A stretch of DNA of 64,000 nt. Source: Lama glama (lineage: Eukaryota). Each line of letters opens with the position of its first letter. Positions within the stretch are counted from its first letter, which is position 1. The notes under the pieces were generated by a model. The model saw nothing but the letters and a program-made list of their open reading frames with translations. It was not told the origin of the DNA and did no database searches. A program made the translations under genes and the position numbers. This document shows, piece by piece, positions 41,487 through 52,911 of this stretch. The stretch is taken from NCBI GenBank assembly GCA_028534125.1, contig CM052816.1, positions 37,946,001 through 38,010,000 on the forward strand, written 5' to 3'.

Positions 41487-41900
41487 TGTGTTGGGTACCC
41501 TGATAACATACAGTGAAATGGAATTTGGGATATAAGAAGTTTATTTTAATCAGCGTCTGTGGAAAACTAAGGTGAGATCAGAGGTAAGACATATCATTCA
41601 GTTATTACTTAGGTCCAACAGAACCTCAGCCAAAACAATAGAAAGCTCTGAAGAGAATATTGCCCTTCAGAGTGTTTTACATCTGGTTGAAATGCCCAGA
41701 TCTTTATACTCCACCTCCCTCATCAGCCAGATCCAGACTACTCCAAGGAGGGAATAACATTGGGTAAGAAACCTCTCTCAGGCTGAGGCAACTCGTGAAG
41801 GAGCTGATACCTAGGGGCTTTCTGATGACAGCTTTTCCACAGATGGAAATAAATACTTCCTTAAACAGGGACCTGGGTAGAACCTCACTGTGCCTACAAT
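41487..41900 (-). mobile_element. ERVL solo LTR (LTR16-like)
   Basis: 'aacctcagccaaaacaatagaaagctctgaagagaatattgcccttcagagtg...ctctcaggctgaggcaactc' resembles antisense LTR16. Confidence 0.65.
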
Positions 41901-42996
41901 CTAAGAGAGAAGTAATTTGGAATATATCATGGACAGATGTTACTGTGATATATTCTCTGGCTCAGACCCAGGATATTGTTCAAAGTTTCATCATAAAGAA
42001 AGCTGTGAAACAAAGTGAAAATTAACTTTGAGGACCTAAAATACAATGTAATGTCTCCAAAGTCAGAATATCCCAGTAGACTCAAGTATTCTTAGAAAAA
42101 CAATGAACTTTACTTATAATAGAAACAAGATATTAATAGTACTTTAATAATAGTACATTGGTAGGAAAAACACTTATCCACTAAACAAGAATTTACATAT
42201 GCTTATTTTATGTTAGAGGTGATGTTGGTGATGGAGAGGGTGGAAGAAATATAGTAAATTTCAAAACCAGATGATAATTGTCCCTAAATTAGCTAGCAAT
42301 AGCTTACTACTATAATAACCAAAATTCTAGAAACTTTCACCATAAAAAGCTTATCTTTTATCCATATTAGGACAGAGGAGCATGTTACGCTTTTTGGACT
42401 CATTCAGAAACCCACATTTCTTTCTCTAGAGTGTTTGAGTTCACTACATTAAACCAATAGCTAGGAGAAAAGAGAGGATGGGAAATGGGATGTTTCCAAA
42501 TGAGAAGCAGTGCTTCGATCATTTTATTCAAATCTGTAGACCATAACTCAGTCAAAGATCACACTGAAATGCAATGGGAGACTAAAATGAAGCCTGGTAG
42601 GGCTCCAAGAAGAACAGGACAAGTTGGCTAATGGTGAACACAGCCTCTGCAATAGCTCCTGAGATGAGTGAGAACATAGGGGAGAACTCAAAACAGAAGT
42701 ACTTTTGGTAAGATAATTAAATAGAGCTCAAAGCAAGTAGAAGTGTAATTGTCATTCATACCACTCGAGGAAGTTTGTAGATGGAAGAACTACTAAATAA
42801 GAATAATGGGTTGCACTTTTGCTCTATAAAGCAATTAGCCTAGGAATAATTTGAAAGTTACATAAGGGAAAATCTCAACAATTCATCATTCAAAATTTTT
42901 TTCATTTGAAATACACAGTGTACAAAAATCTATTGTTAAGCACTTGGAATATTTCTACTTATTGAATTAAAAACTTCTTGCACTTAGAGACAATTA

Positions 42997-43125
42997 GTGT
43001 GCATATGATACAATCTTATATATAGATTCAACAATTATTGAAATGTGTGCATATGATACAATCTTATATATAGATTCAACAATTATTGAAATATGATACA
43101 ATCTTATATATAGATTCAACAATTA
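42997..43125. repeat. Tandem triplication, units of 48 and 40 bp
   Basis: 'atatgatacaatcttatatatagattcaacaatta' starts at 43003, 43051 and 43091, with identical cores. Confidence 0.95.
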
Positions 43126-44149
43126 ATTGATTGTATGTGGGATACTGGATTACAATAATTAATTTAACTAAAGCCAAAATAATTATTTCCAAGATATTGT
43201 AAGTGTCAAGAAAAGCAATAAAATGTGTTGATAGGTTATTGTAGTTCAGTGGCATTTATATTTTTAATGAGGTGAAGAGGAGGAGGAAACAAAGTATCTA
43301 AATTATCTTTACAATTTTAGAATGCTACCACTTAAAAAAATGTGAGCTTAAGATATGTCATACACCTGAAACTAACACAATATAGTGTCAACTATACTTC
43401 AGAGTATATAAAAATGGCAGTCTATCAAAATCAACTTCCCCAAATTTACTCCCTAGAAATTATGAAATGGCTTCACAGTTATGAATATTCTTTGAAGAAC
43501 TATACCATTAGCATGACTTAAAGATAAAGAATGCTAAAACTGAAAAAAAAAAGCTGTGACTAAAAGGAAAAAAATCTCAGGCTACGGTTCTACACGTCTC
43601 ACCATACCTCCACTGCACAACAATGTTTTGCGGTGGTGAACAAAGTTATACCAGGAGAAATATACATGGGAAACAGAAGTAGATGCCAAAGGGACAAAAG
43701 TCAAAGGGGCAAAGGGAGAGTTGGCAAAACATCAAGAAATGTTAAATCCATAATAAACCTGAAAATATAAAATAAGTAACTGATGAGATAAAAGAATGAA
43801 TTAAGGAAAGGGGTTTCAAATTAAGGAAAATTTAATGGGCCAGACAACACATAAAGTTTCAGGAGGCTATTTAAAGGTACTAGGCTGGTTTAAATGGGCA
43901 AGCCTGATTTAAATGGACCCACTTCCAAAGACATAGCTTCTGATGGAGACAAAAGACAAAAAAGAAGAAATAAGCACAATCTGGCAACTGGGTGGAAAAA
44001 AGGAAAAGAAATTGCTAAAATTTTAGGATCCCAAAAGATAAAACATGAACTGCAAAAATCATGGGACTCATAACTACTTTGCTACTAGCAAAACATAGAA
44101 ACAAAAACCCTTGTTTTATACTTGGACTTTGATAAACCAGCAGAAAATG

Positions 44150-45594
44150 AAGCCATTGAAGCAGAAATTTGGAAAACACCTCAGTATCATAAAAGTAAAC
44201 AAAGAAAAAGTCTATAGACAACTGTTGAAATAAATCAGGGAACAAAATTTCACAAAAATCAACTGGGAAAAGATCCCCCTGAAAAATAATAACAAAGTAA
44301 AAGTAAATTGTATTTCTATACTCTACATAGAGTTAAATATACTCAAATAAGCATTTGAGAATATGTAAAATCTTCCTTGAATCATGATTCAAAAATCATT
44401 AAAAGCAATGTGCAAGAAAACTAGAGAAATTTAAAGAGTTGATTGAACTCTGAGAAAGCAATGGAAGAAGACAAAATTACTTCAGAAATAAATGGGAAAA
44501 AGTTACAAGGTGCCCAAGGAGGAATAGACATACAGAAAAATTTACTAAGGCTCTTTGAAGAAGGGCAAAAAATCAACCAAAAAATTTAAATGGCACAAAG
44601 AAAGAATAAACATGGCAAGAGTGAAAGTAGTAGAAATGGAAGACAAAAAAAAGGAACAATATTTGTATTATTAGAGTTTCTAAAGTAGAAAAACAAAACA
44701 ATGGAAAAGAATATATAAAACTATAATCCAAGAAAATATTTCAGAAATAGAAAAAGTCCTGAATCTATACATGGAAAGAGCTTATTGGATACCTGGGAAA
44801 ATTAACCCAGAATGATCAATGACAAAATGGATCTTATAAAAAAATACCAGATTTCAAAGATATAAATTAAGTACTCAGGGACACCACTTAAGTTCAAATG
44901 ATTTATGAACTCAAAAACATTTCTAGCATCTGATTTTTCAAAACCAATCTAAAAGTCAAGAAACAATCAAGCATCATTTTTTAAAATTTACTGAAAATTA
45001 AGTGTGGAATACAGATTTTATTTAGGTAATAAGCTGTCTTGCATGCATCAAAGTCATAGGAAAAAAAAATTTCAACATACCATAAGTTAAGAAATTTTGC
45101 ACCCATCAACCATTCTTAAGGTATCTACTAAAGGTAGAGCTTCATCCAATTAAATAATGACTAGGAAAACTACAGCAAATGGGCGTATGATAAATGATTC
45201 TCTAACCCTGGTGAGGAAAAAGCCTTCTAACTTTGATTCAAAGTCTAGTGGCAATAAAAGAAAATACTGCTAATGTTGGTTACTTTTAAAACTTCATTGC
45301 AAAACCCATCATAAACAAAATCAAAAGACAGTTATAAGACCAGAAAGAAACATTCACAACATATGACATTTATGAAAGAATTATATTCCTAGAATAAATA
45401 TCCCTTTTAAAATCTGAGAGGTCAAGCACCTAAAACCTGATGTGAAAATGTGAAAAATGCATAAAAAGACAATTGAAAAATAAAATATAAAAGTGGCCCT
45501 TAAATATATATTTGTACTCACTCATAATTAGAAATATGAAATTAAAGCAATACTAAGAGAGCACTTCTTACCTATCAGACTGGCAATATCTATC

Positions 45595-45625
<31 letters not shown>

Positions 45626-46770
45626 CTATCTACCTACCTACATACATACATACCTACTTATCCACACACTTTGGTGGTAGCCTATTGGTAAAAAAAAAAA
45701 AGTACCCTCATATATAGCTGGTGGTGATGCAAATTAACACACTTTTCTGCAGATATCTGGTAATACAACTGCTTAAATACGTACTTACTTTTACACAATT
45801 ATAAGGAGGAGACTATCCTGAAGATGTAGCTCCAGTTGTTTGAAAATATATATTTATAAGGTAATACAATATAGCATTGTTTGTAATTGTAAAGTACTGT
45901 AAACCACCTAAGTATTGATATGTAGGAGAATGGTTGAAAAAGCTACGGTACAGCTATACGGTGGAGCACTATGCAGCTATAAAAAAGACTGAAGCAGATA
46001 TCTACTAGCCAACAATGGAATGATTTCTAGAACATGCTGTTAAGTAAGAAACCAAAGGAGTACCCAGGTTATGTTACCTTTCAAATGAAGAAGAGGGGAT
46101 ATAAAAATATACATACTTCTGTGCTCAGTGGTTACCTACAGGGAACCTCTGGCCCAGGGGTGGTAAGGAGAGAAGAATGGAAAGGAGGCAGCAGAGATGA
46201 AAGAATTACACTTCCAGAGTATAACTATTTTGTAACTCTGACTCTGAGAAACATAGTCATATTTTACATATCTTTTACTCCCCCAAAATAAAGAACTACA
46301 ACCAAGCAGGATGTGGAGGAAAGTCAAAGTGGAATTCATACACTAACAGAGGAACTGCACAGTATTACACATTAACAGCATAATTGCATTGGAGAAAACA
46401 CGAGCCAAAACCAAACTGCAGGATACTCTACAAAACAGTAGATCAGTACTCTTCAAAGATATCAAGATTTTGAAAAACAGGAGAAGATTAAGAAACTACT
46501 AATGATTAGAGGAAACCAGCTAAATGGAATGTGGATTCCTGGATAGGATACTGGAACGAACAAAGGAGCTTAATGGGGGAAAACTGATTAAATTTGAAGA
46601 AGGTCTGCAAGTACTAAAACAATGCTAATTTTCTGGTTTCAGTAATTACACTATGGTTATATAAATGACAGTATTAGAAGCTAGGCGAAGGGCATACAGA
46701 AATCTTAGTACTATTTCTGCAACTTTTCTGTAAGTCTAAGTTTAGTTTAAAACAAATTGCTAAAACAGAA
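44150..46770 (+). mobile_element. Patchwork of old L1 fragments (ORF1-like ~44150-45140; ORF2 end/3'UTR ~45200-46300; L1MC/ME 3' end ~46380-46770)
   Basis: 'aatatttgtattattagagtttctaaagtagaaaaacaaaacaatgg...aatccaagaaaatatttcagaaat'; 'cacttcttacctatcagactggcaa'; 'aatgtggattcctggataggatactggaac'. Confidence 0.7.
45587..45660. repeat. (TCTA)n-(CCTA)-(CATA) compound tetranucleotide repeat
   Basis: Direct reading. Confidence 0.92.
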
Positions 46771-47438
46771 AAGTGATTCTCTCAGATGTGGAAATCAAAT
46801 TTCGTTTTCATAGTAATATAGGTAAAATAAGCATAGTATTTGAATGGCTCTAATTAAATAGATTTTTCAATCGTATAAACAAATATTTAGCAATTTTTAT
46901 GTCATATAAAAGAGACTATCATTAATAAAGCACCAGTTGGACAGAGTTGGTAAATGCTCAGCAAGAAGACGTCCTGTTGGTTTTTAAATTATTTTTATAT
47001 TGCCAAATCAAAGAAGATTATAAAATAAAGTGGATAGTTGATTCTTCATGAATAACTACTCACCATATGTCTTGATACATGGCTTGCCAATGATAGTCTT
47101 TTTAACAACTAATAGAATGTATGTTTAAAAATCAGTCCTGATTTACACAATAGGAATACAGTACATAAAAATGATCAGAGAAACCTCTGAATGGTTATAC
47201 CATGTTTGTGAGTAACAAGAAAACATCCAAGAATTTTAACTCTAATAGTATAAAAGCATAAGTTCTGTCAAAATAAGGTAACTTTATAAGGGAACTATGT
47301 TGTGTAAATCATTTATATGTTCTAAACACAAGATTGTTTTGACTCTTTTAGTTCAAAAACTTCGTTTTTCCTTTCTTGAATGCAGATTCCCAGGGGGAGT
47401 TTCAGCATGAAGTACGGATTAGTTAAGTTACTCAGTAC

Positions 47439-47785
47439 TGCACTGCACTGAATGCTTGTGTCTCCCCTACTCATGTTTTATACAATGAAACCCTCATGCT
47501 GATAGTATTTGGTTATGGGATCTTTCAGAGGTAATCAGGTCATGAGGGTGGAGCCCATACATATAAGACCAGTGCCCCTATAAAGGGTTCAGACAGCTAG
47601 CTAGCCCTCTTTCCCCCATGTGGGGACACAGCAAGAAGACAGCCAAACATAAACAAAGAAGGCCCCCACCACAGATCCCACTGGGCTGGCCCTCTGATCT
47701 CCACCTTACAGAATGCGAAAAATAATGTTCAAGCTACCGAATCAATGGTGATTTTTTTAAATAGCAGCCTGAACTGATTAAGACA
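47439..47785 (+). mobile_element. MaLR solo LTR (MLT1A-like)
   Basis: 'ggtaatcaggtcatgagggtggagccc...gtgcccctataaag...ccatgtggggacacagcaagaagacagcc...atagcagcctgaactgattaagaca'. Confidence 0.85.
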
Positions 47786-49971
47786 AGTTTTTACTTCATG
47801 TGGGGCATTTCAAACTATCTACACTTAAGAAAATAAAAGGTATAGTCAGATGGACAGGGAGCAAGGGAAATTCTATCTAGCAAAAAAATATGGATGTTTA
47901 ATGTTTCAAATCATCTGATACCTTAATTTAATGAACTACAACCAACATAGTATAACTGCTGTTCTAAAACACATTAACTTTTCACAACTTAAGCTTCCAT
48001 TAGTTCAAAAATAAATAAACAAACAAAATGATTACCAACCAGTATATACCAGTAGAAATTTACATACTTTTACTATTTTCAAAATCAAGAGTTTACAGGA
48101 AGAAAACAAAAGTGGGTTTCTGATTGTTGCCTTTAAAAGATTTCAACAACATGAAAACACTATCTCTCCTTTCAGGCATACCGATAAGCTAAGAGTGATC
48201 TCTGGGTGTGCGTAGTAACAGAAAACAAGACCATGTGATATTAATTCAGAAAACTTAATCATTAGAATGAAAAAGGAGGCATAATCTCTATGTATGCTCA
48301 TCTTGAGGGTAAGTCCAGAGGCCAGATCTTTTTAGAAGACATACTTATTTTACTAAAATACATATATTACTTAGCATCACCATATCAGCATTGATTCTAA
48401 CTTCATAATTTTAGTCAGTCTGTGGTTTGATGATAATAGTGCATCTCATCTGAGTGCTGCTTTTCATTTTGCTCTTGTGGTTTGGAAGGTTCCATTTCCG
48501 AAAATCAAATCTGCCTCTCTCTCTCTCTCTCCTCTCTCTCTCTGCATGAAGTTTTCAATTACCGTGGCTGAAACATTCCCCCCACATGTGTCAATGAGGT
48601 GGCTACACCTCTTAAAGAACTCTTCTTTATTCTGTTGTATATACTGTCTCCTTTTCTGAACCAAAAGCCTTTGTCTCTGCTTAACTCCCTTTAGCAAGTG
48701 CTCTTCACTCCTGTGGAGAATGCTGTGCAGAGTCAAAGGCAGCTGTGCAAAGGGAAAGGTTGCTAGGTGCTCCAAGAACATCATTATCATCCCTTCCTCC
48801 TTTTAAAAACTGATTTTATCTTGGAGAAAAAAAAATCAAAGACGTACTTTTTGGCATCACATTTACACAACCTGAAATTTACGCATGCAACCCAGCACTA
48901 GGCACTTAGTACGTGATTTCCATTAGTGTATAAAAGACTAAGTTTTTAACCAGTGATTCCACCTTGTATTTTGGGTGCTTTATTTTTCGTATCCTTCAGG
49001 TCTGAGGATACGTATGAGGTGTAATGTGGAATGAACTATTGAAGTACTACATTTCAAACACTCATAACTAAAGGTAATACGAGTTTCTATTACTTTTCCT
49101 AATATCAGACCATAGATTAGCTTAATGTATTTAATTGCAAACCACATTTCTGTAGAGTTCTGTAGAGAAAGTCATTTTGACTTAAAAATGCAGATAGGAC
49201 ATTACATTTCCTTGGTACAGTAAACCATCTGAAGATTTGCAGCAAGTCACATTTACTCTCATCCCCTAATTAGAATAGGATGCTATATATCCAGTAGTTT
49301 AAATACAACACTTGAATTACATTTTTTCTGTTTGAAAGGCATCACTGCTGGTTGTAAAGACAACAGTCATTTGTCCTTCTACCCGAAACTGAAGGCCAAA
49401 CATAAGATGAAATGAATTAAATAAAACCAACCAAAGGACCCATGAACTGAAATATATTTCCATGAGCTGAAATACATTTACTGGATTAAGTATTGAGCTT
49501 CTTTGCTTTAAGTAATCTATTTCATATTTGTTAATCCTCCAGCTTAATTCTCAATAAGTAAATTCGTCAGGCAATTATATAAAGTTGGTTTAATTTTCTG
49601 CTTACCAAAAGAATTTATCATCATGTTTTTCCCACATCTAAATTTCTAAGACTAATTCTTTTCTTATCTTATTCCTTGATAATGTATTAAAATGTTTTAT
49701 GATTGTCTACAACTATTTGCAAATACATAACAAATATATACCTCTAAGAGTCTAAATAAAATAATAATTCATTTTTATTTTCATTTTATTTAGTTTGATG
49801 AACTTAAGAAAAACTTAAGCCTATAAAGGTGAATAGCGAATACTTTTCTTTTTTAAAAAATAGTTCTGGAGCTTCAAACATAACTTAAAACATTCATTAT
49901 TCTAATTTGAAACATTTAATTAGTCCCATTCTCTACACTTACTCTGCTTACAAATCTGCATAATGACTTAC

Positions 49972-50191
49972 AAAATTTCATATGGAGAACTTGGGTGAAA
50001 CGGCACAGAGTTGAATATAGAAGTCTCCAAATTTCTTTCTTCTCTTTCCTTTGTTTTTCCTTCTTCTCTTCCCGACATTTCATGATTGATGTGTTTTTCA
50101 ATCTCGTTTACAAAATGGACTCTTTGCTTGGCTGAACAGGTATTTTTTCAGGTGACTGAATCAGAATTCATTTTTGGTACAATCATTGTCC
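49972..50191 (-). other. Candidate exon (220 nt), purine-rich
   Basis: Weak acceptor tatgtgtaaag|GGA, donor TTT|gtaagt. ATG at 50083 has A at -3. Confidence 0.25.
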
Positions 50192-51964
50192 CTTTACACA
50201 TAAAAATGTAAGTATTTTTGAGTATAAGAAATAAATTGTTAAAGTTAATATATTTTGGTTGAAGCAAAACTAGTATTGCAGCCGCACTATACAGGAGTGC
50301 CATAAATTTCCATTTATCTACTTAAGGATTGCGCTAGCCAATGTTTCTATGAAATACGAATGCTTTTGGTAATTCTTGATAATTGCTAGTTAGAAGTAAA
50401 GACTAAAATCAAATTATATTTCTGCTTTTAAATAAAAGAAAAGAAAAAAACAGGTAATTTTCTTGTCAAATTTTTCAAAAAAAAATGGCTGCTAACTTAA
50501 AGGGGAAGGAGATAGGAGATACTGCCATAATTCTTTTTCATGAAAACCTGATACTCCTTAAAATTAAGAGGAAAGATAATATTAGGGAATACAGAAAAGT
50601 AAAATGTAAAACGCCTTACACAAAAAACTTTAGAAAGCTCTGATTCTGTGTTTCTGTAACTACTTTAGTGATTTAATGATTTTTTCCTGAAAAATAAATA
50701 AAATGGAAAGCTTTAATGTGATACAAAAATGCTACTAGAAGCATTGTAAAGTATAAAGACATACGTGGTGGTACTCTACACCAAATTAAAGGTACTGTTT
50801 ATTTCTAAAGATGGTAGAGAGATGAATATGACTGAAGAGGGATGCGTGCAGTATACAACTGTATTTGTAATTTTTTTAGATAAAAATATTATAAAACAAT
50901 ATGTGGCAAAATGTTAACACCAAGTGAATAACCAACAGTAAAAAAATTGGTTGAATGCATTTTGGCTTTTACATATTAAAAAAAAGAAACGCTACTAGAA
51001 GGAACAGATTAAATAAAACTCAGCAGATAACTATAATGGAATATTATTCAGATATTAAACTCATGTTTTGGAGAATTACTTAATAATTTATAATTTTAGA
51101 ATACTGATAACATAATGTAATGTGATAAAATTCACCAAAAATATCTATAGTATGATCTCAGTAATTTTAAAAGGAGTGTGTGTGTGTATAGAGAAGAATA
51201 TTAACAATATACATGACAGAACATAATGTTAATATGTTTTTTCTTTCATTAATAGAATTATGAGAAAACTTTTAAAAAATATTTTCTTATTTTCACTTAC
51301 CTAACTTTTAAAATAGTCTACTTTGGAGTGATATTATTTTGTAATCAGAAAAATACAATTAAACAAGTATAATAGAGTCATGACTTCAGAAATTTCTATA
51401 TTCTCTACAGAAAATATTTCCACCTATCTGTCATGCAGGCAGAAACAAGTACGGCAAAAGCACTGAGGGCTGGGTTTCTTTTTCTTTTTTCTTTTCTTTT
51501 TTAACAAAACAACATATTTTTCAATTCAACTACATAACAAACAAAATTTAGTATGAGACGTCTAACCTGTTCCTAATATTTTGAACAGCAGCCTAGCAAA
51601 CCTTTGGAACAGGAGAAAGGAAAACGGACCTCTTACTTTCCTCTCCCTTGAGCAACGGCTCTGATTAAGGACAAACTTCAAGTCCTCATTTCTGTGTCAC
51701 TGAAGTGAACATAACTGCTTCCTGAGCCTAGTTTTTCTCCTCTTCTTCACATTCTCACAGGAGTTTTCTCCAAAGAGGATTGTCTTACTGAAAGACATTT
51801 AGCCCAAATTTCATATCTTTCTTTGACCAGTATTGTTTAAGAATGACTTACTTTTTATAAAATTATCACTTAACAAAATGAAGACAATAGGGTTCTTCCT
51901 GTAACTTCCCTGCCAGATACAAAACTATCAGAACTCCAAGGTGAGAAGACCTGGGGGTATGTCA

Positions 51965-52025
51965 AGGCATTTGGCACAGTGCCTGGCATATAACTAGTAC
52001 TTAATAAACATATGTTGAATGAAAT
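51965..52025 (+). mobile_element. L2 3' end
   Basis: 'tggcacagtgcctggcatataactagtacttaataaacatatgttgaatgaa'. Confidence 0.75.
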
Positions 52026-52092
52026 ATTTAAATAAATTTTCTTGGACAAGCCACTACTTTGGGGTATGGTTTCATGATTTATAAAATGAGAC

Positions 52093-52272
52093 TGCTATGG
52101 TCTAGATTTCTGTGCTCCCTTCAATTCATTTGTTGAAATCTTCACCTCCAAAGGTGATGGTATGAGTGGAGAGGGCCTTTGGGAAGTGACTAGGTCATAA
52201 GGGTGGAGCACTCATGAATGGGATTAGTGTTCTTATAAAAGAAATCCCACAGTGGCCCCGGTGGACTAAGAA
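52093..52272 (+). mobile_element. Internally deleted MLT1A-like LTR inserted in a MIR
   Basis: 5' 'tgctatggtctaga...aggtcataagggtggagcactcatgaatgggattagtgttcttataaaaga' runs straight into terminal 'ggactaagaa'. MIR-like sequence lies on both sides. Confidence 0.75.
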
Positions 52273-52911
52273 AATACAGAAGATCATTTTTAAGTATCTT
52301 TTCCAATCATAAAGTTCTATAATTCTAAAAGGAGCATATGTTACAGTGCCTGGGAAGAAAGTATTTGTTAAACAGGGTACAAATTCTACTGGGAGAAGGA
52401 GATGACATCTTTCTTTGCATTTTCAAAATAATTCTAAATTAAGGATGGCTTCCTTAACATAAAGAACATGGACTGAAACAAAGAGAGAATAAATTTATCT
52501 AATATAGGAAAATTATTTAGAAGTTTAAAATTTGCATGAAACCATCGCCAATTTATTTGTGACAGATCAATAGTTGTATAGATCAGTATATAGACAAAAT
52601 GACAGCTTTTGTATAGAAATCATATCGCTCTTCTTGACAATAAATTGAGTAATTTTTTAACTGCCAATATTCTGAGAGTTCAGTCTGCTTGGTGGAAGAC
52701 AGTTTTCCCTAAGGCTTCTTCCATTTCTGAATAGTGTGTGAAAAGTCTGGATTTCCAGTTATCTTAGGTCACATTCTGCTGATGAGCAGTAGTTACTCTC
52801 AAAAGGATCCATGCAAGAGAATCTGCTTTAGGAAGGTATGAGAAAAGTCTGCAAAATCCCAGCTATAATCTAATCGCATGTTCACTGTCTTCATTATAAA
52901 TCTAGTATATA

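Noticed and set aside
42997..43125. CRISPR-like direct repeats
   Set aside because: Mammalian DNA; repeats are contiguous with no unique spacers and no cas genes.
49440..49480. 20-bp tandem duplication ccatga(a/g)ctgaaata(t/c)attt; similar one at 1123-1160
   Set aside because: Ordinary slippage duplications with no evident function.
51630..51740. Minus-strand donor AAA|gtaaga with upstream exon-like sequence
   Set aside because: Upstream sequence looks MIR-derived and lacks a good acceptor.
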